This document shows, one piece after another, positions 11,291 through 23,730 of a stretch of 64,000 bases of DNA. The DNA lies in contig MU058844.1 in NCBI GenBank assembly GCA_013265495.1, forward strand, positions 12,980,184-13,044,183. The letters run 5' to 3'. Origin of the DNA: Vicugna vicugna. Its lineage: Eukaryota. Numbering within the stretch: position 1 is the first letter of the stretch; each line of letters opens with the position of its first letter. Both the position numbers and the translations under genes were made by a program. Below the pieces are notes generated by a model that saw only the letters and a list, made by a program, of their open reading frames with translations, searched no databases and was not told the origin of the DNA.

Positions 11291-14084
11291 CAGTTTGAAA
11301 TCTTTAGTTCTGTAGCATTGATTCAGATGACCTGAAGTAACTCCTCTCTCAGTGCCACCTTCTTCCCACCCTCCAGACCTTGGGGCACCATACAGACTGT
11401 CACTAACAGAACAGGCAGACATGCTGCAAAACAAAACACATGCTCCATATCACAGAATACTTGAGAACGCGTTCCTCTGAAATGCAAGTGGGTCTTATCT
11501 GAGTTCTCTGTTATCAAGCCTTCCTATGGCCTGTTCCTTTAGAGAGTGACAGAGAGACAGCGAGACAGAGGGAGAGGAAAGGTGGAAAGAAAGAGGAAAG
11601 GAGTCTTTAATTCTGGATCTGCTTTCACGTTTTTATAGCAAGAATGATTAAACACTGCTTCCAGAGCAGGAGGTCTTATTTCCTAGTGCATCAGAAAGAA
11701 GAGGAACTGTTATTTAAAAATCAAGTATTGGTGGAGCCCAGAGAGCAGAAAACCTTTTCACTTACTGTGAATGTCTTGGGAGATTGGCTAGGATGGAGGG
11801 ACGACGCTGAGAGGATGTGCTGGCAAGAAATCCCTTTCCCTTCTTTGTTTGTATCTGCTAGAGTAGTATTTCTTAATTTTTTTTTTTTTTGAGTCTTAGA
11901 GTCTGAGATCCTTCTAAGAATCTAATGAAAGGAACAGACTATCTTGCTGGAAAAATACACACTGATATGTGCATTAAACACACATAAAACACAATTTTGA
12001 ATTCAGAGACCCTTAGAATGAATAATCAACCCTCCACCTGGGTGTACCCGTATATACTGACCCTCTCCTTGCTGTTTTACCTCTCTTCCCAGCCCTGGCC
12101 TGGCTGGAACAGCCTCAGGTCTATGTGACATCACAGCTGAGGAATGACAGGAAGTCTGTTCTTCCAATCCCAAATTGAATTATTGAACACAGTTTCCCAT
12201 AGAAATATGTTTCTATTTGTTGATCACTTTCTGGTATATCATTAGGTCCATATTCTTGGTACCTTGTGAGTTAACAGGTTGTGAGCGTCCATGGGGACAG
12301 AACCACTCATCTGTTTCTCTGGGAAAATGTGTTTAATTTGTTCCAACCAAACAACTTCTGAATGAAGCTTTAGAACTTAGTAAGTTGGGTAATTAATAAG
12401 TTGGGGACAGACTGTGCTCCATTTGTGAAAGAGGAGAAAATATCCTGTTAGACAGCCGTGTAATTGGGCTGTGAGCCCAAAGACTTAAAGGGATGCACAT
12501 TATGAGAAAGCATTATTTTTAATTTAAAAAATTGAAATCTATACCCCACAACACTAAGACTCTGTTTTTAAGCCCTTCATGTTCTCTATGGCCTAATGCA
12601 TCACCTCTGTCATGTTGGTAAGTATAGGGAAGGCTGTGCTTTTTCCAGCTGGTAAAAACTTTTACATAGACATAGGTTTTTTTTTTTTTAAATCTTTTTG
12701 CAAGGCTGAATAACCATCTATTTTAATGATTTGAAACCATCTAAGATTTCAGTACTTTGGATTCAATTTTGATGCATAGTGTTCTATAGAAAGCACAAGC
12801 AAAAATAAATAATTCATGAATGATGTGGTACATTCATGATTTATTTACAGCCCCAAACTCATGGTAGCTCAGAGAACATCAAACGCCCTGCACCCTGTCC
12901 TGCCATTTAAAGTAGCATTTAAGGAAAAAAAAAGACAAGACAGAACACAGGAAATGTACTGTTAACTTATATAAGGCAATGAATTAAAAAACCAAAATAT
13001 TTGCTGAGAAATATATTGAACAATGATGAAAATAAAACATGGCTTTGAGAAAACTAGAAGCATCAGGAGATTGACTATTAGTGCTGGGAGAGAAGTTGTA
13101 TATGCTATTATTTGTCATGGCCTTCTCTCTGTGCTTTTTCCTGGTTAATTCTTCATGATATCTTGTGATCTTTTTCAGTCTTCCAGAATATTCCTATTTC
13201 CTAATAAAATTTTAACTATGAAAAACCCTAAAATCTCTACGATGATCAGGAGAGGGACATAATTTTGTCAGTTTTCCAGCGTACTTACTAGTTCGTTGTT
13301 TTGCAAACGTTTTGTTAAACCTCACAGGTCCCTGTCTCCCCTTACCAGCCATTGTCATCATGCTGAGCACACAGATCCTAAGTTGGAAGGCTGTTTCAGG
13401 CATGACTCCTTACTGGGTGATGCCTTACATTAATCTAGAGTCAAGCTATTGGCAATCAAACAAAGAGTTGTGGAGGTGGGTAGATGGGAGTAAGGATGAC
13501 AAAGTGTCTTTTTTTTGGTAAAATTATATTTTCCTCTCCACAAAAAGGTGATTGTATCAATTAAATTGGGGAAATGATTAATAAAAAATATTTTTTAAAT
13601 TCTTCATGAGTTTTCATAAAATGCAACTCCATATGCACTGGAGACCTCAAGGCTAAAGGACACTTTCCACTTTTACTCCAGGCCCAGGGGACAGTGTATG
13701 TCCCCTGAGCCAAAGCAGGGATCAGATAGTAGGCCTAGCTAGCCAGGCCTGGGCTGACCCTGTCATCACATTCGAGGTGAATTCTCAATGAAGAACAAGC
13801 CTTTGGTGAAACATAGGTGGTTCTGAGGGGTCACTGCCCCAAGGATCATCAGCTTCTGCCTCCTCCATGAACTACCCCCTCCCAGTTACAGATAAAACTC
13901 CAACTTTAACAAATTCCCATTCCACAGGGGGATTCTCACCGTGTAATGCCTCCTTCTACCTTTTGTACAGGTGGAATAGATGGACATAGTCACTATCCCT
14001 GGGAGAGATACTTTGGCAAGTGATCCTTAGCATGGATTTTATGTCTTTCCTTCTCTTCAAGTATAACTAATTCTTGTGGGAGTT

Positions 14085-14459
14085 TGTCTTAGCTCAGGCT
14101 TCTATAAAAATTTCCTTAGATTGGTTGGCTTATAAACAACAGATACATATTTCTCACAGTTCTGGAGGCTGGGAAGTCCAAGATAAAGTTGCCAGCAGGT
14201 TCAATATCTCATGAGTTGATTCCTCCTGTCTTGCAGACGGTCGTCTTCTTCCTGTGTCTTCACATGGCAGAAAGAGAGGTCATCTCTCTCCTGTCTCTTC
14301 TTGTAAGGGCACTAATCCCATTCATGAGGGCCCCACTCATATGACCTAATTACCTCCCAAAGGCCCCACCTCCAGCTACTACCACACTGAGCATTAGAGC
14401 TTCAACATATGAATAGGGGAGGGGGGCAGTGGGAGGTCACAAACATTCAATCCATATCA
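14085..14459 (-). mobile_element. MaLR solo LTR (MLT1A/MLT1A0-like)
   Basis: TG...CA ends with perfect 5-bp TSD GAGTT (14080-14084 / 14460-14464); TTTCTCACAGTTCTGGAGGCTGGGAAGTCCAAGAT motif. Confidence 0.93.
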
Positions 14460-16199
14460 GAGTTTACTCTTAAGTAAAAAACAAACAAACAAACAAAAAA
14501 AAACCAGGAACTTTGAAGAGACAAGACACTCAGTGGGCTAAAGCCATGAGGGGAATGGAGGTCCATGAGGTCCTGGCTCCCAGATGCAATGCAACATTTG
14601 ACAACCCTACAAATTCACTCTCAAACTTGCTGTGGTTGCTCTAGGGACCTAATAACTTTAAGGCTTTTCAGGAGGCATATTGACCCATACAGACACCCAA
14701 AGTAGCATTTAGGGTAACTTGTGAAACAGGACTCCTTCTTCATGACAAATTTTTCTGTTTCAAGCCTGTTGCTAGGGCATGATACCCATGTGGAGCAGGT
14801 GTGAGGTCAACCACAGCAGGTACCAGGCTGAAGACCTCTCGAGAGGATCATAAATGAAGATAAACTAGCTCCATTAAGTACATTGTAAAATAACTGGTTC
14901 TTCTCCTACTTCCCCTCCCTTGGGTTTTTGAATTAGTCTGTATGATATTAGCATCTGTCTTACTTTCTTCTTTAGGACAAAGAATAAAGTCAGCTGCTTT
15001 AGAAGAAAGTATAAATGTCTTGCCAAACAAAAAGGTAAATGGGGCTCTTTGGAATACACAAGCCCTAATGAAATAGAAAAAAAGGAAGCAGACCCCATAT
15101 CATGCAAGCAAGGGTTACAGAATAGAATAAACTTTTCAATGGGGAAATCTTGGACTCTGTATGGACATTACAGCATAAACATCTCCCACAAGCCACTCGT
15201 ACCACTGAGCTGAATCCAGTGGGCAGCCTAGATTATGATGCTTCTAGGAGATTACATCTATATACACGACATTAACAAATGACCTGTGAGCAGTCTGAGT
15301 ACTGTGGACCAGCTGTGCTGTGAGTAAGTCCACCTAAAACAGCAGTATTGGCAGGGATGGGGTCTCTCTGAGATCAACCACCACTTCGAGGCTAAGAGTA
15401 GGGCATGGGGATGGGAGACTTTCTGAGAAATCTGCTTTTGCTAGGTAGGGGTCCTCATCTAAGCCTCCCTCTAGAGCAAATGACCAGGATCAGAATTAGT
15501 CTCCTGCCATGGCCTGTAGTCACTGGTGGGGCAAAATTCAACGAAAATGCAATTGAGCCTAGAGCATAGCAGCCTCTGAGGCGACCCAGAGTGTGGGCCA
15601 GAGGGAAACAGCTAAACCAGGCCATTTTGTTTCAGAATGCTCAAATTCTCTAGCCTGCGTGATAAGCACGGCACAGTGAACCTGGGAATTCAGCCAGGGC
15701 TGGAGTTGATCAGACCTGAATTGCGCACAGTGGCATGCTGGTTTTAATGGGCACTCTAAGCCCGCCTGGCTCAGAGTTGCTCTTGGAGTGTTGTGTTGAG
15801 AAGAATCCTGAGGCTGTATCTGAGCCCAGCAGGAAAGAGGACCATGATGACTGGCAATATCCACTCTGGACCAGGGATGGAAAAAGAATGGCCACATGCC
15901 ATATATGTACCATCTCTGAACCCCACACTGACAGTGAAAGCTCAGGGCCTGGAAAAGTAGTTTGGAATCTACTCATGGAAAGCTTCAAATATCAGACTAA
16001 AGGGTCTGGCCTTTATTTTGTGGAATTTTATGGGGTTTTTTGGTCAGAAGAGTAGTTTAAAAATATGGAATGTAAATGTCTTTAGCAGGATCCATTCTCT
16101 CTACTTGCCAGCAGACCTACCTAGCTCCCTGTTGTCCTAAACATTCAGTCACATGTTAAATCATCTGAAAGTATTTGGGTTTAGAGTCCTGTTGCAGGA

Positions 16200-16600
16200 A
16201 TTAGAGACTCATTGATGGATTGTGAGCTGAAAAATGACATGTTCAGAACATATTTCAGGAAGATTATTCTGATAGATACAAAAGATGGATTAGACGGGGG
16301 GAAAGAGTAGAATCTGCACCACCAGTTAAGAGGTTCCTGGAACCCTTCATGTGAGTTACACATACCTAAACTAGAACTGTGCAAATAAAAAGAGTGAGCT
16401 AAGACACATGCAGAAGTGATACCAAAGTATAGATTGGGTGTAGGGGGTGGAAAGAAGGGAGACTTTGGAAAAAATGTCAAAATTTAAGCCTAGAGCCTGT
16501 GGAGACTGGTGATCTCATTAACAGAGATAGGGAATTCGAATAGAGGAACATCTTTAGGCTGGGATGTGGGAAGGAAGGAGATGAGTGGATGAATTGTAGA
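16200..16600 (-). mobile_element. Degenerate L2
   Basis: ATATTTCAGGAAGATTATTCTG, TAGATTGGGTGTAGGGGG, CATTAACAGAGATAGGGAA. Confidence 0.5.
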
Positions 16601-17239
16601 ACCCAGTTATTTTTCTGATGCTGCTACTGTTATATGGCCTTGCTCACAACACAGCATTTTCCTGAGAAAACCTGTGAGTTAAGCATGGCGTCTTGTCCTA
16701 TCTTTTCTAAGACTAATGGAGGGAATCCAACTTGGACAGCTGGCTAGGGTTAAAGGTTTAGCCTGTGACCATGGAACAGAGCCAGACTAACTGGGATGGA
16801 ATCTGTGCCCTTGACCAGAAGAGCAAAGGACTAGCTGGTAATCAGCTTCAGCCATTTCTGTTATAACATCTAATCAGGTTTTGGCTTCCTGTCCTCAGCT
16901 TCTTGCCAGCTGGATGGTCACCTTGCCTTACTCCTTGGCACAGCTCTGGATGGATGTCACACTCAACTTGTTTGATGACTCATCTCTCTTGATCAAGTGT
17001 GGGATTGGTGGGGTGAGCATGTTAGAGAGTGGGAAAGCATGTCTAAGTCAACAACAAGTATGGGTGCAGTCCTGCTGGATGCCTAGCTTTACACCTTGCC
17101 CTCCTATCCAGTCTCTGAGCCCTGCTTCGTGATGCCAGATACAGGTTTTGCTAATGGTACTTGCTGCACATTCCCCACCAAGCGTCCTCATGTTGATGCT
17201 TGATGCTGAGACCCATTCTCACCTGTTGAGTGCCGGTTC

Positions 17240-17725
17240 AGTTATCAGTTAACTTGGTGACTTGGTATAACCTTTTTATTATTTTTCATGATTGTTTAGA
17301 TTGACTGGGGCTCAGGTGAATGTCTCACAGGATCTTCACAGATCTATAGATGGGGCTGGAATATCCAAAATGTTTCATTCATATGTCTGGTCCCTCGGCA
17401 GGGATAGCTGGAAGCCGGACTCAGTTGGACTACTGATGACTGGGGCTCTTCCTCTCACCATATAGTCTCTGGCCTCTCCCTTTCAGTATGGCCTTCTTAC
17501 ATGGTCTCTCCAGCAGGTAGCTGAACACCTTACATGGTGCTCAGGAATTTCCAAAGCACAAAAGCAGAAGCTCCCATGCATTCTGATGATTTAGCCTCAG
17601 AATTGGCACAGTGTCACTTCTGCTTTGTTGTGTTGGTTAAACTGAGTCATACAGCCAGCCTAAATTTAGAGCGTGAAGAGATTACATAAGGATGTGAATA
17701 TTGGGAGGTGCAATTCACTGGGGGA
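17240..17725 (-). mobile_element. Old MaLR LTR (MLT1F-I-like)
   Basis: TTCTTACATGGTCTCTCCAGCAGG...AGCCTCAGAATTGGCACAGTGTCACTTCTGC...GGATGTGAATATTGGGAGG. Confidence 0.7.
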
Positions 17726-17889
17726 CATTCAATGGCTTCACATCTCTCTCAGAATAAAAACCCTCTGGGGACCTCTGTGAACTCAACCCCACACCCTCTG
17801 ACCTCAACTCCATCCTTTCTCCATCCCTCCTCCACTTCTCTCTAGCTACACTGGCTCCCTTGCTTGTCTTCAGCCTGAAAGAGGTGGGG

Positions 17890-18435
17890 TGGAAGGAGAC
17901 ATTCAAGGAGGTGGTGATGGGAACCTGAGTGTGTCTGGCCAGACATATAGGAATCATTTAGGAAGACAATTAATTGTAAGGGAATCCCAAGAAAGGATAG
18001 AACATTTAAGGGCACTGCAGATTTTGAAAACTGCTTAAAGGGCGGTGGTGGATATAGCTCAGTGGTAAAGTGCATGCTTAGCATGCACAAAGTGCTGGGT
18101 TCAATCCCCAGTACCTCCATTTAAAAAAAAAAGAAAAAAATTATCAAATGTTTGGTTAGAACATAGAGTAGCTATTGGGGTGTTACAGAAGATGAGGCTG
18201 AAAGAGACAAGGAAGGGCCAGATCATGAAGGAAATTATGTGCCAAGCCAAAAAATTTCAGTTTAGTTCCCTAGATATTGAAGGGTTGTAAGACGGAAAAA
18301 CTTGATTGGATTTGCATTTTAGAAAGAGCACTCTGGCAGTTTGGAAGATTCAGTAGAAATTCAGTGCAGTGATTAAAAAAAACAGACGAGTTAAGAGGTT
18401 ATTGCAAAATACCAGGCAAGATGTGGTGAGGGACT
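17890..18435 (-). mobile_element. L2 fragment hosting a SINE
   Basis: GGGCCAGATCATGAAGG, GATTTGCATTTTAGAAAGAGCACTCTGGCAG, AGAGGTTATTGCA. Confidence 0.65.
18040..18140 (+). mobile_element. tRNA-Ala(AGC)-derived SINE (vic-1-like), short-tail form
   Basis: A box TAGCTCAGTGG, anticodon arm GCATGCTTAGCATGC, B box GGTTCAATCCC, then directly an A-rich tail. Confidence 0.88.
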
Positions 18436-21400
18436 TCCCCTAGAATGTGTGAAGTCCCTGGGCAAAATATATGGAGGGCGGGGTCCTGTCTATATGAAAA
18501 ATTAGATTAAAAATGTATTACACAGTTCATGGGCCCATGAAAGATGATTAACTGATGATTTAGAAAATGGGTGGAGTAGAGATACTAATAATTGTTTTCT
18601 ATCCAATGAGTGACTGAAGCATTCTTTGTATTATCTGGGCCCCATCTGTTCCTATTCAGGTCTAGAAGCTACCTCCTTGTGCTCTTTCTTGTTAAATATG
18701 CTGTCCCCAGCTAATTTATATCTCTCATTTCAAGAAAAAAGTGGCAACACAGGTATTACTCAAATGTCAAGGCTTTTCACAAGCTATTTGTATGAAGACA
18801 ATATAGATCTTTTTGCTCCTGCATTTCCCTAAAATCAATTATTTTCATGCTGGTTACATGATTACTCCTGATGGGGCAGCATCCATCATGCCACCTCTGA
18901 CACTGGCTTCCAGTGGGCCTTTCAGAGGTTGTTACTCTCTCAGAGATCATTATCATTGTTGATGACCACAAATGTAAACCCTGCCCAGGGAGTGCAGGAG
19001 AATGTGAGCAACAAATCATTTTCTGCTCATGTTAAATTTATTGTTCAGAATTTTATACCTTAAATGTAAAATAGCACATATTCCAACCATGCCTTCTCTT
19101 GAACTCTTTAGGCCATAATCATTGCATTCCTAGAATGTCATCTCTTTTAACACTGAACACACTTGGGACTTCTACACCCAATGAGGATGGGAGAGGAGCC
19201 TGTGGGCCTAGTGGAAAGAGCATGGGCCCATTTACTCAAGGAATGTCCATCCCTCATCTGGCAGGCCTTAAGACCTACCTAGGAGAACACGATGTCACCA
19301 TGTCAGTCAGAGGAAAGAAAGGATATTGATCAGAAAACCTTTGCCACTACACAGAAATGACCCAAAAGCCCTTGGAGGAGACAGGCCTGGTCATTTCTGA
19401 GGACTTCCTAATATGTAGTACTTCACATGCAAGAGGAGTAGGGTGGACTGCCCTGGGTGCCAAGCAGCAAGGGTTGGAGGTAAAGGATTCTGCTACCAGT
19501 GTCATTATCCTTGGATGCTTAAGACCAGCAATGGCACTGCAGTTGGAGCAAGGACACTCAAGAGCCAATGCACAGGCCCACACATGCAGCTCAGGCCCAA
19601 AGATGGGCAGTGGACTCTCAGTTCTTCAAAGCCCTGATTTTTTTCTTATGTCTGCTGCAAGTATCAGTAACCCCAAATCAGAATGTCAGTACAACTCTGG
19701 CAACCTGATCTTAAACTATCTTGTGAAAGAAATACCATGCTGGCCAGTAGGAACAATCTGCCTGTCAAGCTGTAAACTGTTGGAGATCAGGTGTGACCAC
19801 ATGATTCCAGAAAAACCCCAGAATTCCTTGGGACAACTGGTCGACCACCCATACCAGGTAGAGTTTGAGAGAGCACTCTGAAGAGGAGACATAGGGACCA
19901 GGAACCATGTGGGCTGGATACACTGCTGGGCCCACCCAGTCTGAGGCACTGGAGGGGACATTGAAAAATTTGAGAAAAGCACTCTAGAACATGAGGCCCA
20001 CTTTGTGACAAGGTGCCCTGCTTGCCCTTATTTAAGAGTGGTGCTCACAGTTTAAGGGGCACTGGATTGAATTGCTGGAGGTTTATTTGAAAGACTCTTC
20101 GAAGATGCTACAGGAAATGATCCATAATAATTGATTTCCGAACTCTTCTCCCTTTCCCCTTCTCTTGAACATATATATATTTTGTCAAACAAATCAGGGA
20201 ACACCAATATGTAAAATAGATACAAGTCAAAACCATGGTGATTGAAGTGGGTCATGAGCTCTCAGAATCTAGCTGATGGCCCAAGTTCAGTACCCTGGCC
20301 CCTGAGACACCTCTGTCTCCCTGGACCCTTAGGAAAACCATAGGGCTCCATGGAACACAGTTTGAAACCATGCATCTAAAGAATGTGCAAGTGTGGTGGT
20401 GGACATAAAGGCTGAATTGCTGCTCACTCCACTGTTAGTATTGCACCATCCATTAATATTCCCCACATGGTGTTTTCTAATCTGCTTTGGAAGTTTGTTG
20501 AACTTAAGCCACTTTCTTTAACTTTTTCAGTTTCCTTTTCCCCTCAGGAATCCAGTTCAAATCTTTCTTAAGTTTTGTAGTTCTCCCCTGCCTCCAACCA
20601 CCCTACGTAAGGCAATAAGGAAATTTTAGAGAAGGAGTTATTGTTTTTTATGGATGGTTTATAATGACTTCCCCCCAAAAGGAAATAACCAAAAGAATAA
20701 AATAGTCTTCCCAAATCCTTCCAACCAAATGAACTGGAGTAAAACATGCCAGTGAGCACCCATACCCGTGCTTGGTTCTATGTTAAGGACAGTGTCTCTG
20801 AAATTTCATTTAAGGCCCACTTGGAAATGATTTATTTTCACTGGAAAGTCATGCAATTTTTTCCCCCAAAAAATCCCTTTACTGAACGGCTCCAGGAGGG
20901 CTTCACTGTTTTTCTGGAGAACAGTAAAGCTATTGTGCCTTAAACTGGAATGAATGACAGCAAAGGAGGCCGACCTCAGGGCCCTCACACCACAGATAAA
21001 AGGGCTGCTTTGAAATTCTTGCCGACCAGCTGACAGTATTTTCAGTATTTCTAACGCCTAACACTGGAAACCTTTTAAAGGAGCAGGATTTTGTGTCACA
21101 CACCCAGGGTAAGTTAGCTGAAATAGTACGCATTCTACCTGTCCCATAGCTTCCAGAGGCTAAAGGCTAACGACCTATGAAAGTGACTTTACTAAAGATG
21201 TAGAAATGAAACCCAAATGGGATGTAATGATATCAGATCAAACCTGACCCCTAAGGAAAATGTGGAACAGCCCAGAGGAAGCTCTCTTTCAGTGACCTGC
21301 AAGCAAAAGCCTGGCTGGAAATTGGGCAGAAGACTGCAGGGACTAGGAACCAGAACAGGGGCAGGGTCTATTCCACTGGTGGTTGGAGGAAGTTAATGAA

Positions 21401-21884
21401 AGAGAGACTACCTTTCGATCACTTTCCTCTTTGAGTGCTGGCAAAGTGGGCCCTGAGGTTTTAGTGCCACATCTTACCAATCTTTGAAAAGGTGCCACTA
21501 TCAGAAAATTGCTCAGATTTGCTGCTGTTGTCCTCCTTTGCCCTCTGCCATTAACAGTGCCACCTGCAAGTTGCCTTCCAGAGGAGAGGGACACATTACC
21601 AGCCCAGGCATCTAGGTCATCCGTCGGGCACAACTCTGTCACTTCCTCTGAAGCCTCCTTTTGTCTTTTATTCAGAATTGAGCTATGTTACCACCATGAG
21701 CTTTGAACCTTGGTTCTATGCATTATGCATTGCACTTTATTATGTTTCATATTTTAATGAGATAAGCCTTATCGACACAAACCTTGTCTTGTTTACACTC
21801 GATTCTCTGACAGCATCTGCACAATACTTTTCTGGATTTTCAGATCCTTGGATGTTAATTGAGAATTCCACATGCTTGGTAGAT

Positions 21885-22270
21885 ATTTAAAACAAATAAA
21901 CATCTGTTTATTGGCCATTGTGATGACCCCCTTTTGGGAAGTACCTGTCTATGTCTTTTGCTCACTTTTCTTTTGGGTTACCTGGCTTTTTCATACTGAT
22001 TTATAGTGTTCTTTATGTATTCTGGATTAAAATCCATTGTCTATTGTAAGTACTGCAAATATCTTCTCCCACTCTATGGCATCCCTTTTCATTCTCTCAA
22101 AGGTGTCTTTTGGTGAAAAGAAATTCCTAATATTATATAGTCCAATTCATCGTTTTATTTACAGCTAATATGTCTTGAGAAATCTTTGCCTAGTCCCAAA
22201 TCTCTAGGGTAGTCCCCTAAATTTTCTTTTAGAGGCATTATTTCCCTTCTCTCATTTAGATAATCAATCG
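21885..22270 (-). mobile_element. Old L1 ORF2-region fragment
   Basis: TGTTTATTGGCCATT...TGCAAATATCTTCTCCCACTCTATGGC...AAGGTGTCTTTTG...GAAATCTTTGCCTA. Confidence 0.75.
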
Positions 22271-22514
22271 TGATCAACTTTTTCTAGACAGGCATGTAAA
22301 AATATCCACTATCCATCAAGGTCACCATCACTCAGCCTACTTGTATTTATAAATGCATAATAATGCCTTGTGTAACTTCTCAAACATTTACCTCTGATAC
22401 ATTAAAGAGAATGCTAGTCAAGTTAATATAGTTTTCTACACTTAACTTACTTCTCTGGAGCCCTTTGAACCCACAGCTAGTAAGAAAAGCAGAAAAGATG
22501 ATATGTCAAAAAAA

Positions 22515-22975
22515 AACTTTGGTGCGGAACAGCGCCAATTTTAAATCCCAGTGCAACTTCTTAGTTGTTTGTGACCTTGGGCAAGTTACTTAATTGCTTT
22601 CAGCCTTGGTTTCCTGATCTGGAAGCTGGGGATAATAATAGCTTGGATGCTGGAATATGTACTGTGTGCCAAACTCTATGCCAAGTGCTTCACCTGCACG
22701 ATCTCACGTAAGCTTCAAAGCAAGTCTGTTAGTTATGTACAGTTAATATCGTTATCATATCCTCTTTACAGATGTTAAAAAGAACCACACAGCAAGTCAG
22801 TGGTGGATCCAGGATTTAAATCTGGGCAGGGTGATTGCAGGGTTTGCATATGTAAACACTGTGCATACTTCAATACTAAAAATCAAAAGCCCTGTTGCAG
22901 CAATAAAATGAAATAAACCATGTAAAGTGTTTAACTCAGGGTCTGACCCCTGTTAAGTGCTTAATAAATATTATA
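22515..22975. mobile_element. Two oppositely oriented MIR copies (nested or adjacent)
   Basis: + half GTGACCTTGGGCAAGTTACTTAA...GGGGATAATAATAG; - copy TACAGATG...GGATTTAAATCTGGGCAG; + end CATGTAAAGTG...TAAGTGCTTAATAAATATTA. Confidence 0.7.
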
Positions 22976-23214
22976 CAATGATAGAGAACTAGTTTGTATT
23001 ATTGCCATTCCCAAGCACTTTGAAAGTGAGAGCTAGAATCTTTATCCGCTTCAGGAAATAACATAGAGAAATCTTTCAAGTTACAGGTGAGAAAATCATG
23101 AACATCATGTGTTGGTGTGATTGGGGCTGGAAGTTCTCATTGATGGCACAATGGGTATTATAATCTTGATGAATTGCTTAGTCTTTTTCACTCCTTTCTT
23201 CCTCTCCTTCCTCC

Positions 23215-23730
23215 CTTCTTTCACTTGGCTAGTACTTCGTGATTACTTAGTATGTGCCAGATCTGTGCTAGGAGTCACTAACACAACACTGAACACAACA
23301 GTCACATTCTCTGCCCTGTGAGCTTACATTCTGGTTAGGGAAAATAGACAGTAAATCAGTAGCTGTGTAATATTTAATAAGTGCTTTGAGGGTAAATAAC
23401 GCAGGTTAAAATAACACAGAGTGAAGAGGCAGGGGCAAAAGGAATTCATTTATGAATAGGGAGTCCAGGGAAGGCTGCTTTGTTGAGGTGACATTTGAAT
23501 AGACACCAAAAGAAGTGAGGAGGAGATTTATGAAAATACTTGGGGACAGAGGATTTCAAGTGAAGGAGAAGACTAGTTTCAGAGGCTCTGAGGTGGGAGT
23601 GTGTTAGAAATATACAAGAAATAGCAAGGAGGCCAGTGTGACTGAAATAGAGTGAGCATGGCAGTAAAGACCAGAGAGGTATATTGGGCCAGATTATAGA
23701 AGGCCTTAGGGCCTTGGTAATGGAGGGTAT
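23215..23730 (-). mobile_element. L2 3' region
   Basis: TATGTGCCAGATCTGTGCTAGG...GAGCTTACATTCT...GAGGTGACATTTGAATAGA...GGCCAGATTATAGAAGGCCTT. Confidence 0.75.

Noticed and set aside
18044..18119. Genuine tRNA-Ala gene
   Set aside because: Stem mismatches, an A-rich tail instead of a T-run terminator, insertion within an L2, and three sister SINE copies in the window.
19357..19881. 174-aa plus-strand ORF
   Set aside because: No recognisable domain or exon structure; ORFs of this length arise by chance in 64 kb, and the 3' flank looks like decayed CR1/L3-type sequence.
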